From positions 62,002,001-62,066,000 of the forward strand of contig NC_045697.1 in NCBI RefSeq assembly GCF_009834535.1: a stretch of DNA of 64,000 bases. The letters run 5' to 3'. Every line of letters begins with the position of its first letter. Positions within the stretch are counted from its first letter, which is position 1. The stretch comes from Camelus ferus. Its lineage: Eukaryota. The notes under the pieces are model-generated. The model was given only the letters and a program-made list of their open reading frames with translations. It did not search any database and was not told the DNA's origin. Below, one piece after another: positions 13,478 to 27,367 of the stretch. The position numbers and the translations under genes are program-made.

Positions 13478-13789
13478 TACCAGAGCATCAAACTGTTTAT
13501 TCCAATTTTATCCTATGCAATAACAGTAAACATTCATCTAATGTTTAATGTTATGCTCCTCAATAACAAGTATTTCTTAAATACCAACTGTGTGTCAGTC
13601 ACCATATTTAGCACCAGGAAGCCAAAAATGAGTAAGACATAGTGCCTGACTGCAGAGCTGAATCTTATGGAGACAAACATGAAAGTTAATAAACACAACT
13701 TAAAAGAGCAGAGAGAGAAATACAGTAATCTAGGAGCCCAGTGAAGGATATAATTAATGTCAATTAACTATGATTTTGTTTTTATGGCT

Positions 13790-13935
13790 TGCTACATCCC
13801 ATTTCCTAACATGGCACTGGGCACATACAGGCACTCAATAAATGGTGTTGGATGGATGGATGGATGGATGGATGGATGGATGGATGGATGGATGGATGGA
13901 AAGAGTAAGTAGGGAGTGAGTGAGTGAGTGAATGC
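13790..13935 (+). repeat. L2 3' end with expanded (TGGA)n/(GAGT)n tail
   Basis: GGCACATACAGGCACTCAATAAATGGTGTTG followed by about 12 TGGA units. Confidence 0.85.
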
Positions 13936-15624
13936 ATAAAAAATAAATTGACAACTTAGGGGGAAAAAATCCTTTGACAGGTCATGTGCTCTCATTTTAG
14001 GTTTAGGAAAACTGGTCAAGGTAGTTGGAAAGTATGATAGAAAATCATTGCCATAGCCGAATATTCAGAAAGGCTGGATAGAATGCTACAGACAGTCAAA
14101 TATAAGGTCAGAGGTCCAGTTAATTGTTTCTCTATGGGTATACAGACCCAGGCAACTTCACCTCATCTGTTGATTTGTGCTCATCCTTAGCTCAAGCATC
14201 ATTCCTTCAAAGATAAACTTTCCATGTCCCCAGTCCCAGACACAGTCCAGGGCAGGGTATCTGTTAAACACTTTCACAGAATTATAGATTATTACTTCAG
14301 CTTGTTCTTATATACACAACAATTTGCATGATTTATTTTTAGATTCATGCCAGTCTCCCAGGTAGAATATAAGATCAACAAGAAGAGTAGGAACTACATC
14401 TATTTTTTCTTTCCAGTGATAGCTCCAACATCTAAGACAGAGCTTGGCATGTAGAAGGTGCTAAATAAGTATTTGTTGAATAAGTAAAGAGAAACATACC
14501 TGTGTCACTAACAGAGATACAGTAGGTATGAAAGAAAAAATTCAAGAGTTCTGTAAATGTTTGCTTTTAAAAAGAAAAGTTTTTCTTTTTACTGCTCATA
14601 TATAGATGCTAAAGAATACATATTTTTTTCAAGAAAAATTGGACATAAGTTCAGTTCAACCAGATGAGTCTCAATCATTCAGACAACATCAGCTAAGTAG
14701 GGGTTAGAAAATGACACTGTTCGGGTTTTAGGGAGTCAATAAATAACATCCATTTCTTTCTTCTCCTAGTTTAGGACCAATGGATAAATAAAGGTGATGC
14801 ACTGATAATTATTTGTAACCCAAATAATTTATGACCTTTTCTTGTCCCTCCACCCATACTAGACCTTAGGAAAGCCCATCTAAAGGAAAGTTTGGTTCTA
14901 CAGGACACATATTCCTACAGTAACTGTTTCCTCATTGTATCTAGAGTAATACAAAACATAAGAGAACATATCCCCAGAATTTGGGGCCTTGAGAATCATG
15001 GCACAGTGGATATTGTTCAGGTAACTCAGGAAACTCACAAGAATAATGGATGGAACAAGAGGCCAAAAGGTTATTCTAAGTCCCTGCACATGGAAACAAT
15101 GAAGCCAGAGGAATAGAGAAACAGCCCTGCCCCCATGACAGACAAACCCTTGGTAAGTGTCTCTTTTCCAAATACTATGTCACAGCATATATGTGGCAAA
15201 TGAATGTGGGAGATGCGAGAAAATTAAATATGTAAGTTTGCTTTTCCCAGGTGGTATAACTCATGCAAATTACCACCCTTCATTTTTGGAGCATCTGATA
15301 GCTATACTTTTCCTTCGCAGGAGTTGTGGAATAATTTAAAAGAATACAAAGACCATGGGCCCACATAATTCAAGAAGTTCTGATATTATAATGTCCAGGT
15401 GGAGACCATGGGAACCAGACATTTGTGTTCCTGGCCTGCTTCCACTCACTGCTTTCCAGTCCCCTCCCAGTTTCCCCACTTTCAACACCAAAACAACCCT
15501 CATTATGTGAATCCATGGCAGAAGGCATAAAATGTGGCATAAGCATAAGAAGAAAAATGCTCAATTCCTTGGTGGTTAGGTTCTCCTGTACACCCATTAC
15601 TACATAATAAACAGTAGCTACAAC

Positions 15625-15830
15625 TTTCTGAGTACTCACTATGTTCCAGGCACTCTGATAAACACTTCATATATAGTATCTCAATTCTCACAATCTATAC
15701 AGTAGAATGAATATCCTATCATAAAGATGAGGAAACCGAGGTTTGTAAGTACCAATCTCTTACCCAGATTCACACAGCTAGTCACACAGTAACTGAAGGA
15801 GCCCAATTAAAGAAACTTGACTCCAAAGTC
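15625..15830 (-). mobile_element. MIR SINE
   Basis: TGAGTACTCACTATGTTCCAGGCACT...AAAGATGAGGAAACCGAGG...CACACAGCTAGT. Confidence 0.75.
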
Positions 15831-16090
15831 TACACACCACCATCACAACACGAGCAGCTAGGAAAAAGGAGAAATACCTCGAAAACTCTTCTCAAAGAGA
15901 ATACAGGTTTTCACCTGTTGGCTCTGTTTAACAAATAAGAAAGTTTAAAAGAAAGAAAATTTAATACCTATTCCTGATTCCAACTGAAGTTACCCTCAGT
16001 AATAACCATGACCAATGAAGATGGTCACAGAAAAAGGCCAAGACAGAGCTTTTTAAAAAATGCTTCATGTCACCTTTGTTTCCACCTATT

Positions 16091-16571
16091 ATGGCTAGTT
16101 TCCAAAGATGGTCCCAGTGACCATATCCTACTTAGTATAACCACTTTGAATCTGGCCTGGCTCTGTAAACCACTCTGACTAATAGAATGTAGCAGGTGTG
16201 ATACTGTGTAACTTTCAAGGGTGGGCCTTGAGAGACCTGCACCTTCCTCTCTCTTCTCTTTAAACATTTCTCTTGTAGTCCATTGATCATGCTTTAAGAA
16301 GCCCATATGGAGAAAACTGAGGTGCTCCTGTCAACTGCTGAACTCTAAGCAGATGGCCAGCACCTCCTGCCAGCCATATAAGTACATCAACTTGGATGTT
16401 TCAGCCTAGACGAGTTCCCAGATGACTGCAGCCCTGATGACATCATGTAAAACAGAAGAATAGCCCAGGCTGAGCCCTGCCAACCCACAAAGCTGTTACA
16501 GATAATAAAATGTTTGTTATTTTGTGCCATTAGATTTTGGAATGGTTTATTGCACAGTGGTGACTAGAACA
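16091..16571 (+). mobile_element. MLT1-type (MaLR) solo LTR
   Basis: CCAAAGATGG..., TGACTAATAGAATGTAGCAG, CAGATGACTGCAGCCC, AATAAAATG...TTGGAATGGTTTATTGCACAG...AGAACA. Confidence 0.75.
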
Positions 16572-18349
16572 CAGCCCTTCTCTGGCCCCTGGGTGTCTGG
16601 AAAAGAACTGTCATTATTCTTATCATCCACTAGGGAAAGCTACACTTGCAACATCATTTGTTTAAATGAAAAATGTCTCCTTTGTTTTATTTTCCTTGCT
16701 GAAAATATGAAGCTAAAAAATTCTAAAGCAAATGTAATTACCATATTGACTGAGCATTCCACAAAGAGCTTATATATGAATATTATGTTTCAGATGAAAA
16801 CTATTTGGAATTAGCCTCAATCCTTTAATGAATAAAAACCTCTAAAGACCAGTTGATGGTGCGACTGGAAAGCTGGCAGGTAATTGGTAATTTAGAGAAA
16901 GAAAATGTTTATCTTGTGGCCCTGTCACAGCTTAAAACCCAATTTGGACCAACATCTGCAAATGGAGAAAGCAATTAGCAAATCAATTAATTAGGGTCTT
17001 GTTGGCTTTAATAGTGTCAACTCTAATTATTTGTTTGTCTGATCTAAGGTATCCTCAGATTATTTACGATTGGTCCTTCCAACCAACAAAAGATAATAAG
17101 GTTGAATCTTAACAAGTATGTGGAGAATTTGAGAATAGCTTTATTTCAAGGTGCTCAGTCTAGACAAGGCAGTATTTTCAGAGCCTGAGTCTTTTCTTCA
17201 AGACAAAGTCTCCTTCTGAAGTTATAAATGACTAACTTTCACAATAAATTTTCAAACAGGGCAATAATTAATTTGCCCGGAAAAAAAAAAAATTTCCTAG
17301 ATCCAGGGACATCTGTTCAAACTCAAGAGATAGGAGTATTTTCTTGTGATCTATTTTCTTTTTCCATAAGTTATTTTCTTGCACAGAGTATGGGAAAGAA
17401 ATCTTCACTTCTGGAGGAAACTGAGGCAGGTAACTAAAAATCACTCTGTTTAAAAGTGATGACTACCCAATGGCAGTATTCACAATCTGAGAAACCATAA
17501 TTCTGTCTTCACTTCTCAGAGGCATGCTTATCAAAACATAAGCCAAGGTTATTTTTCTTTGTTCTACAGCTCGATCTCAGCTTAATTTTATATCTGATCG
17601 TTTTTATTTCACTTTGTTCTAAAAGAAAAGAATCCAGGTTCCATTTTTAGCTTGAGAAAAATGGAAAATTCACTCTCTCTAGCAAGCTGAAAAGCAGTTC
17701 TTATAACAAAATAATTACCTAATTAAAGTGCTCAACTGAATCAGTTACCACAAGTTCAATTAAATGAAGCTGGCAACAAGGATATATTATACCTGATAAG
17801 GAGAGTTAGTGAATAGATTGACACAAAGCATGAAGATCATGCTCTCCATTAAACTTAGAGAAGTTATCCATTGTTTCCTTTAAAAGATGGTATATCTTCC
17901 CAATGAAATACTGTTTCTTTTATTTCAATGAAGCTATATATCTGGCAATGAGAATGCTAAGTATCTACATGCTAATTTGGAAGCTCAAGTTTAGATGTTT
18001 ACTTTGTCAATGAACTTCCAACCATATGTTCATGAAAATGAAAGGCATTAATGACTAGTTTATCATAAAGCCACCTTGGTCCTTTTCCCTCATGAAGGAG
18101 TGGTGGTGGCATATTCAGTGTGAATGATCACATAAGCAATAAAAAGAATGCCAAACGTGGAGCAGGACAGAAATGCTAGATCTCTATGAGCAAAGAAAGA
18201 TATCTTTTCACTTCCTAATCAGAGAACCCTGTATTTCTTTCTTTCGTTCAGTTCTGTGATGTCTCTTTATCATGTTCACATCATTCTTTCTGTAGGCTGG
18301 AATTCTGGGATTTTTTCTTTATTTCCACTGTAAGTCTCATCTACTGTAC

Positions 18350-18441
18350 CTGTCTCTGCATTGAGAGGAACATCCAGGACAGCCATCATTTCTGCCCTGT
18401 TCTGTCAGAGTTGTTGCTCCAGTGGAGGAAACAAAACACTG
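18350..18441 (-). other. Candidate spliced exon (92 nt) of an unidentified minus-strand gene
   Basis: Minus strand: CTTTTTTTCCCTGTTTTCCAG|CAGTGT...GCAGAGACAG|GTACAG, with a NAGNAG acceptor, in non-repeat sequence with retained CpGs nearby. No recognisable protein. Confidence 0.4.
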
Positions 18442-19738
18442 CTGGAAAACAGGGAAAAAAAGACTATTGTACTGGACACGTAAGGCATCGTGTCTACAAA
18501 CGGCCAGTTGGAAGGGAAAGTACAATAGAGAAAACACACAAAAAAATTACTGCAAAGAGTCAATCCCCAGCGCCTCACTGACTCTTTTCTGGTTCCTGTC
18601 TGCATATACCCTTGTATCTTACAATAAGTTTCCTTTTTTCTGAAAGTGCCTGAATGATTCTCATACAGATATGTGATATTCTCCAATCTGTGAAACAACA
18701 TTACAAGCAAAACTAGTCACTGTCTAGATCCTATATGAAATTTAAAACTGTTTCTGAGAAATTTGAAAAATTCCAAGAAATTAAGAAAATATTTTCTTTA
18801 AATTGTATACACCATGTATCTTTTTCAAAATAGTTAATAATTTTTATACTCATGTTATAAAAATAATGTAGTAGATATTTGACATATATAAAGTAGGGAT
18901 TTGATTTAAAGGATTCCATCTTTATGCCTTTTAAACCACAACCTAACCTAAAAATTTCTCCTCAGAAGAATGAATGCTACCAAGAATTTACAAGAGCTTT
19001 TTTCCTACTATCAAAGGAGAATTTCTTAACTTTGTCTAACTGGTACTCACAATATCCACTCATTTTCCAGTACTAATATTCACATCTTTTAAAAATATTA
19101 CCAATGCATCTTATAAATCCAAAATATCTTTGGGAAATTTCTGTAAAACTATTTCTCACTTTACTTCAGAGTCCTTTGAAGTCAGTAGGAGCTCTGTGCT
19201 TGAATCAACCCCATGGAGTGAGAAGCCATAGAAGAAATGGTGCCAACACAAAAATATCCAAACATACAGAGTGAGGCTTTCCTATCTATGATGTGTCCCA
19301 AAGGGCTGAGGTCAGAAACTGTTCTAATGAGAGAATTCTTCAAGGAAAAAAATAGCTCCAAAAAGTGGCCAAGAGCTAGTCAAACAGAAGGAAGAAAATC
19401 AGCAATTTAAAATGAATTTTAACGAACGCTGATTCCAGATTCCAGGAATTAGTTATAAAGTTTGTTGGAAAGATGAAGACTTAGTCTTGATTATAGTTAA
19501 AATATAAGGTTGCCCAGAAGGCATGATTTTAAACTTAACAGATCCTCTCATCCTTCACCTCCCAAATCTGTTTTTCCAACCTCATCCCACATATCTCTTT
19601 CCTACTGAGAGCTAAAACATCACCATTAGTAACTAATTCCATTCAATTAATCCTCCTCTAGTGGTCTTTTTAAAGCAAATTCTTTAGGAACAAGATACTG
19701 GAATTTTGTGGGGTTTTAGTAGTACTGAAAACAGGGAA

Positions 19739-20202
19739 TGTTATGGACTAAATGATGTATCTCCACAAAACTCATATGTTGAAGCCCTAACCCTTAATAT
19801 GACTGTTTCGGGAGACAGCGCCTATAAGGTGATTAAGGTTCAAGGATGTCGTAAGGGTGGATCCCTTGATCCCATAGGATTACTATTCTTACAGGAAGAG
19901 ACACCTGAAAGAGTGCATGCACGCACACACTCCTGCTCTCTTTCTCTCTTTCTTTCTCCCCCTCCCTGTCTCCCTTCCATCCTCCCTCCCTTTCCTCACA
20001 AATACAAAGAATAGATCATATGAGCTGACAGCAAGATGGCAAATGCCTGCAAGGGAAGAGAAGCAGCCTCACACTGAAACCTACCCTACCCTACCTTGAT
20101 CTTGGACTTAACCAACCTTCAGAACTATGAGAAATAAATTTCTGTTGTTTAAGCCACCCAGTCTGTTGTATCTTGTTATGACAGCCTGAGTTAATTAAGA
20201 CA
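19739..20202 (+). mobile_element. MLT1A/B-type solo LTR
   Basis: TGTTATGGACTAAATG...CATATGTTGAAGCCCTAACCC ... GAGAAATAAATTTCTGTTGTTTAAGCCACCCAGTCTG...TAAGACA. Confidence 0.85.
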
Positions 20203-20440
20203 GAAGATAATAAGATAAGGAGTAGCATCCTAAAGAGCAGTTTGAGGGACCATTCCCTCAGCAATACATAAACAGATGAAGGCGATATGTCTGAAGATAA
20301 GAGTTACCCTTTCAGAAAGTAAGTTCCTTCATTCTCCTCTGCTATCTTCCTGAGGTCATGCAGGAATCTCTATTGGGAATTCAGGCCATTGTCACACCCT
20401 ACTCTTTGAGAACTTCTTGAGTCCACTCACATTATGGGCC

Positions 20441-20635
20441 TATGGTATAAAAAAAAATAAATATTTGGTCTTTGTTCCCAGTTTCTGGCACAGAATTTCC
20501 TAAGTGATGGGTATCTTCTGTATGCTTATGAGATGATACTTGGTGGAAGAGCCCCTAGGTAGCTTCAGGATTGGGGGATGGTCACCAAAAAAAGCCAACC
20601 AGATGATTAAAGGGTTATAACATTCAGCTCTACCT
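20441..20635 (+). mobile_element. MER21-like LTR 5' fragment
   Basis: ATATTTGGTCTTTGTTCCCAGTTTCTGGCACAGA...CCCCTAGGTAGCTTCAGGAT...GGTCACCA; truncated by the adjacent L1. Confidence 0.55.
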
Positions 20636-20639
20636 GCTA

Positions 20640-21036
20640 TGCTACTGAAAAACCAATGAGTCATAGAAGAAATCAGAAGGGAAATCAAAAAATATTTTGA
20701 AAGATATCACACCTATTAGAATGGCTATCATTAAAAAGGCAGTAGATAACAAGCACTGGGAGAAAAGGGAACCCTTGTGCCATGTTGGTGGGAATGTAAA
20801 TTGGTGTAGCCACTATGGAAAACAGTATGGAGGCTCCTCATGAGATCAAAAATAGAACTACCAAATGATCCAGCAATCGCACTTCTGAGTATATATCCAA
20901 AAGAGAAGAACTCACTATCTCAAAGAGATATCTGTACTTATATGTTCACAGCAGTATTTTTCACAATAGCCAACATATGGAAACAACCTAAGTGTCCATC
21001 AATGGATGGATGGATAAAGAAAATGTGGTATGTGTG

Positions 21037-21074
<38 letters not shown>

Positions 21075-21612
21075 GGAATATATATTATCCTGCCTTAAAA
21101 AAGAAGGAAATCCTACCACTTGTGCCAACAGATGAAGCTGGCAGGGAACTATGCTAAGTGAATGAAATAAGCCAGACAAAGAAACTCAAATACTGCATAG
21201 TATCTTTATATGAGGAATCTTAAAATAAAAAATTTAGACACATAGAAACAGAGAGTAGAATGGTGGTTACCAGGGGCTGGGGGCTATAGAGGGGGTGGGG
21301 GGATTAGTGGGGAGGGCATAGGGAGATACTGCTAAAAGGGAACAAACTTCCAGTTATGAGATGAATACGGTCGGGAAGATCTAATACATAACATGGTGAC
21401 TATGGCTGATAATACTGTAGTGCACAACTGAAATTTGCTAAAAGAGTAGAACTTAAGTGTTCTCGCTAAGGAAATAAAAGTAAATATGTGAAGTGATTGA
21501 TATGTTAACTAACTCCTTCCACAATGTATATGTACATCAAATGATCACATTGTACACTTTAAATAAATTAAAAGTGTATTTGTTAATTATACCACAATAA
21601 AGTCAAAAAATA
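20640..21612 (+). mobile_element. 5'-truncated L1M 3' end with internal (CA)n
   Basis: ORF2 C-terminal similarity ([18 protein letters not shown]...[17 protein letters not shown]), 3' UTR, AATAAA near 21596, CA repeat ~21040-21072. Confidence 0.9.
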
Positions 21613-21758
21613 ACTTTAAATAATTTTAAAAATAGTGAAACTTTATTGTTCTTTAATTTTGTTTCAATCTAAGATCTCATCAAGAAATTATACACTGCAT
21701 TTGGTTGTCATTTCTCTTTAATTTCCTTTAATCTAGACTAGTTCCCCCTGCCTTTTTT

Positions 21759-21966
21759 TTTTTTCATTTTTTTAGAGTTTTTATCTTTTTTTTAATGTTT
21801 CTTTTTTTTAATTGTAGTTGATTTACAATATTGTGTTAATTTCTGGTGTACAGCACAGTGATTCAGTATACATGTATATATTCCTTATCATATTCTTTTT
21901 CATTATAGGCTATTACAACGTATTGAATATAGCTCCCTGTGTTCTACAGTAGGACCTGGTTGTTTA
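21759..21966 (-). mobile_element. Short 5'-truncated lineage-specific L1 3' UTR with 15-bp TSD
   Basis: CCCCCTGCCTTTTTT at 21744-21758 and 21967-21981. T-rich tail, then the reverse complement of an L1 3' UTR similar to those at 50400-50950. Confidence 0.85.
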
Positions 21967-23304
21967 CCCCCTGCCTTTTTTAATCATTCAAGATATACCT
22001 TCATTTTAAAAATCACTAAGAAAAAAAAGTACTGCCATTTATAATTGTAAAATGTTATCAATTATAAGATGAATCCTACTAAATGTTGAAATGTGACATG
22101 TAAAAATGTGAGAAAAAAGTACCTCAAAATCAATGAAATATGATATTTCTGACTGAATTTGATATTAAAAGGAAATTGCAGATAATAATTAAAAGTTTGG
22201 AAAACATGTCAGGTAAGAAAGGCATGAAGAAAACAAGAGTATTTAACTGCAAGAATAGGATAAAAGGCAATTTAACAGGCTTTAAATTTATGAATTCTTA
22301 AATGAAAGAAGGTAACTAGCTTTTCATCATCTTCTAAGAAAGCAAAAGAAAAAAAAAAGAAAGCACAAGGACTTAAATCATAAAGTAAGGGCTTTAACTT
22401 AGACAAAAGGAATGTTTCTTCTACCCAGAGATACCTTTAAAAAATTATTATGAATGGTTGGTCAGTCCCTTTCTCCAGAGATGTGATTGAAATCTGCGAG
22501 GCTGGGAAGTGGGCTTTTAGACAAAGATACATGGTAGAATGGGGGACAAAAAAACATTTCGGAAGTGAAATGTCAAGGGCTGAGGCACGGAAGTCATTTT
22601 TTAGCAAGTCTGGGACATGACAATAATTTGTTCAGCTGAAGAAGTAAGTTTTGAAAGGTGATCATGAGAAATGTGTTTGTTAGGATTAAAAATGGAAGAA
22701 CCAAAATTTTGTTAACAGAAGGAAGGAGAATTCAAGGGTCAGTAAAAGATTATGGAAGCCAGACAGATGTATCTGTGATGGTGGCAGTATATAACAGGCA
22801 GTCATTCTTGATTTGAGACTTGTGACAAAAATCACATTTAATGAAGGAGGTTTTTTTTTCTAGCACGTATGTGTAGGCTGGCTTGGAATAAATAAAAAGC
22901 AGAGTTAAGGAGACCAGCCAGAGTCACTGCAATGAGCCAGCCTTACCATGGACTCAGTTAAGTAAATATCCATCTCTCAGAATTCCCATACAGACAGTGG
23001 AAGCCTGAAAATCCACCATTAGAACATTTTTATCTGACTTCCTATGAACTGAGGATACTTCTGTTTCCTTCCTAAGGAAAGATTAAGATAAGAGTCCATG
23101 GTTAAGACCTTCAGACACAAAGAGCCCAAGGAGAGTCAAGAGTATAGATTCCAAAGCCAGATTTTACCTACCTAATAATTTTGCCTACTTCTGGGCACCA
23201 TGATAGAAATAAAAACAAAGGAGCTTTTCCTTGTTTTTCTCATACTTCTGGAAACAAGGTATTATAAATGAGATTCCATACCTATGTGAAGCCTTTATTA
23301 GTTG

Positions 23305-23832
23305 CGAGATAGGATGATAGGGGGCAGGACACAACCACTCACGGAATGACACAGCAACTGAGGACAGGACAAACTGGTTAGAACTAAGATGTCAGAAGAT
23401 TCGACTTCCAGTAGACCTTGAGCCTTATGGCATACCCAAAGGTACCATGACAGTTCCATAAAAGGTCCAAAACATAGGCAGGGCCCCAATTCCTGGAAAT
23501 CTCTGCCCCTTCCCCAGAATAGTAAGAATAATCCTCCCACTCGTTAGCCTAGGAAATTACCAAGCCCATAAAAACTAACAACCCACACACCTCAGAGTCA
23601 CTCTCTCTCTTGCCTTCTAAGATGACCAGCACTCTTATCTATGGAATGTATACCCACTTTTACTTTAAACTAAACACCCCCCCACCTCTCGGTCTCTCTC
23701 CCTCTTGCCTTTTGAGATGGCCTGTATTCTGCCTATGGAGTGTGTATCTCTCTAAATAAACTGGTTTCACTTTACTCTGCCTTGCTCTTGAATTCTTTCC
23801 TAAGTGAGGCAAGAACCTATTCTCCAGCAACA
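23305..23832 (+). mobile_element. ERV1 solo LTR, MER41-like (copy 1)
   Basis: TSD GTTG (23301-23304 and 23833-23836), ends CAACA, has AATAAA and MER41-type CATGACAGTT...GAATAATCCTCCC...CCATAAAAA. Homologous to 29520-30009. Confidence 0.75.
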
Positions 23833-25434
23833 GTTGTAAGGTCAGGTCAATCTTAACAATATGAAGCATGTTCCAAAATCTATTATCTAAAATATAATTC
23901 AAATCTTAGCTCCACGCTTCCTTAATTTTTGATAATGAGCATTTGGTGTTCAAGGCTATGTAACGTTGTAAATTGAGGCAGCTAATAACCCTAAGAATTA
24001 GCTCCTTTGAAACCAGTGACAAGAGTGCCCTCTCGGGCTTTTATTTTTTTCCTCCTAACCTTGATGTTCCACAACTGCAAATGTTGCTGATGCTCTTAAT
24101 TTTCTAGATTATAGTTCTCCTTTAAGTGACTCCAAGAACAGACTTCTCTCTCTACAAACAGCCTCTGATTAAATACACCACCTTTATCAGTTCACCAAAA
24201 TCATTAAATCCATTCTGCCCTTGACCCCAGAGCCTAGATTTGCTCCCGAGGAGGTAATGAAAGGGGAAGAGGAGAGGAAGATTCCACGCTACAGTTAAAG
24301 GTGCCCTAACAGTGTGACTGCCATCAGAAGTTACCTAGTTTATCAACTCTTTATATATGGGGCTACCCTTTCCTGGGTATTTTACACCTGTGCCTCTCTC
24401 ATTGAGACACTCAGTGAATGTGAATTAGCCTAAAGAAAATCCTCTAATGAGCATGAGAAAGCATCAAGGAGTTTTAAGAAGGTGTAGTCCAAAACATAGT
24501 CAGTGCCAAGAGTCCCTTTACACTGATGAGAATGCTAAGAAGTTGCCACCAGCCCTCTCAGAGGCCCACCACTTCATATACGGATAGAACCTGCTGCCCT
24601 CACTGTACAAGTGTTGCCTTGAACATGATCTGCTCAGGTCCTAGGAATTCTCCTCCAGGGCACATCATCCACTAAAAATAAACAAAGAAAACAAACCAAA
24701 AAAAACCTACTTTCTTCATTACAAATCTAAAAATGAAATGCATCCTCCCAGTTCACTCTTCAGGGCCTTCCTTATGCCCCCAAAGTAATCTTGAGGCATT
24801 CTATTTCATTTCCATGATAGCAGATTTATGAATATTTACCAGGAGCAAGCAATGGCTATAGGAAAGCCCGAGGAGAGGGCTCAACTTCACTTCATTAAAA
24901 AACAATGAAATTTTCAAAGGAGCCAATGTGTCTTCCTTACCTTGTTACAAATAACATGCCATAGCTTAAAGATCTCAAAGTAAATGACTAAAACAATACA
25001 ACATAATAAAGTAAAAAATGGGGGGAAGTCATCTCCCCCTAGAAAAAAAATTTTAAAGTCCCAGAGGTTAGAAAAATGGCTATAGGTCAGAAAGTGACTT
25101 AGGAAGGAAACTAAAATTGCAAACCAGTTGCTTTCTCTTCCTGGGCCCTCTTTAGTCCCGTAATCTGGGTCTTTAATGTGCTTTTCATTATTATGCAGAT
25201 TTCTTTTAGCAGGTAGATTTCTGCTGTCGGTTGGTTTCACAACAACCCCCATATTTTGAGTTATTTGGAATCCTGATAGACTTTTGCTGCTCTCTGGATA
25301 TTCTGAATGCTGGCTTTTCAACAGCCTAGATTGAAAAGTGTCTGAGAATTTCTAAGTTCCTATACAACAGAAAGATGTTGCTCTATCTAAACACCAAGAG
25401 TGAAAGTTAACAAAGTAAATAATCCATCCACAAT

Positions 25435-25950
25435 CATACTTGAATTCAGCAAGTATGTACTGAGTGCCTACTAAATGCCAGGCACTTTTCCAGGCCCTTG
25501 GGGATTCATCAGTGAACAAGACGGAGAAGAATTTTTACTCAAGGAGCTTACATTGTGCTAGAAGGAAACATAATAAACAATCAAACAAAAAAGTAAGTAA
25601 GTATGTGAGATGGGCATAAAGGCTAAAAATTAAAATAAACTCAAGAAAGGAGTTAAGGAATGCCAGTAAAGGGCAGAAAGAACAGGAGAGTAGAGACAGC
25701 ATTACTGATAGACAAGCAGAGACCTGAAGGAGGCGACCCTATTCCAGAAGCATTCTCAACATGACTAAGATCAGCAACAGTGGAAAAGCTAATGTGGCTG
25801 GACTGAAATGGGTGAGGAGAGCCTGGCAGAAAACGGAGTCAGAGAGAATAAGAGGCCAGATAGGATTGGGCTTTGCAAACAGTCTGTCTCTGTCTGGCTG
25901 AAACTCAGAATGTGATGCAAGCCAATGGAGACTATTCAGTCAGGGAGAGA
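25435..25950 (-). mobile_element. L2 LINE fragment
   Basis: AAGTATGTACTGAGTGCCTACTAAATGCCAGGCAC...CAGTGAACAAGAC...AAGGAGCTTACATT. Confidence 0.7.
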
Positions 25951-27367
25951 GGGAACACTCCTACTTTCTGCTAATAATTTAAATCATCTTCAAGTAGTTG
26001 CTATTACTTAGGCTTAGCAGATTTTTTTTTTTAATTTTAAAAATCTTGTTCTAAAAACAGGATTGTTTCAAGACTCATTCTTTACTCTATTATGAACTCA
26101 ATGGAAAGAGAGAAATTAGCCTCCATTCTGCCTGAGTATACACCATGGAAACACAAATTCTACATACTGATTTTCAAACAGAATTAACTGGTTTGGGAAA
26201 AAGGATAGCTCAGATCTACTGCATACACACACTTCTCTTAGTAGAAGGGTAGATGGATGAGATGGTCCATAAACACTGATAGAAAACCTATTAGCTGAAT
26301 CACATTAGATTAGCCAAGTAGTGTCATTGAGGGCATCTGAAAAACCTCAAATGCTAACGTCAGTGGACTATGCATTAAATAGAGGTGAGATACTAACACC
26401 TAGAAGGACAAATAGGAATTCTCTCATTATTTAAAACAAATTCATCCATATTTCTTAAGCAACTACCTATTCCTTTGATCATACAGGAGGAAAGCTTGTT
26501 ATCAGTCAGGAGGCAGTTACTAAAGTGGCAGGTAGATAAATACCTGATGGTTCGACGTGTAAGTCCCTTGTTGAAATGACCTCCATTTGAGTCTGTCATT
26601 ATGCCCAGAATTAGGTATCCGTTTGGGCTAAGTCATTATCTTGCTAAAAGGGCTTTGCAAAGGCTAATAGTTTAACTTAGCACATTAACTTCCCAGGCCC
26701 TGGTGATGCACACTAGCTAGCTGAAACCTTGGCAAACAGAGCCCTAAGGGAGAGTAATATAAGTGGGCACTGGCCCAACAACAGCACCTTTTTAGCCTTT
26801 AATTAATACAATTTATTGAGCTCTTACTATATGCCAGTTTCTAATCTTAGAACAGCCCAGAGGCAACTATTATTATTCTCATTAAAGAAAGTGAATAAAT
26901 TTCCCAAGGTCCATAGCGATAAGCAGTGAAACCAGAATTCAAACCTAGCATTTAACACATTTCTTAGCACATAGTAGGAGTTCCATAAACAATCCACAAA
27001 TGAATGAACGAGTGAATGAATGAATGAAATCCAGATCTGTCTTTTCCAAAACTCAAATTCTTCATTTATTCAGTACTTTTACAGTTTTTAAGCACTGTCC
27101 CCTATGCTGTGGTGACTCTGGGGTAGAAGCAGCTCATAGTAGTATTTCTCTGGTCTCAATAATACATTTCTTGTAGGATAGCTCCTCTTCCTCCAGTCTA
27201 TTCTATAACACACCAAGACAAGCTGAAGAAAATCTGGATGATGAGGGATACACAAGGCAGGGTGTTGCCTTGTGGGGAACAAAAAGAAGGAAGGGGAGCC
27301 AATAAGCCAACAAATTATACAAGGGCTTTGCAGACAAAGGGCTAAGAGGACACATAAAGATAAAAGG

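Noticed and set aside
26544..26643. Possible minus-strand exon ending CAG|GTATTT
   Set aside because: Weak polypyrimidine tract and no supporting homology.
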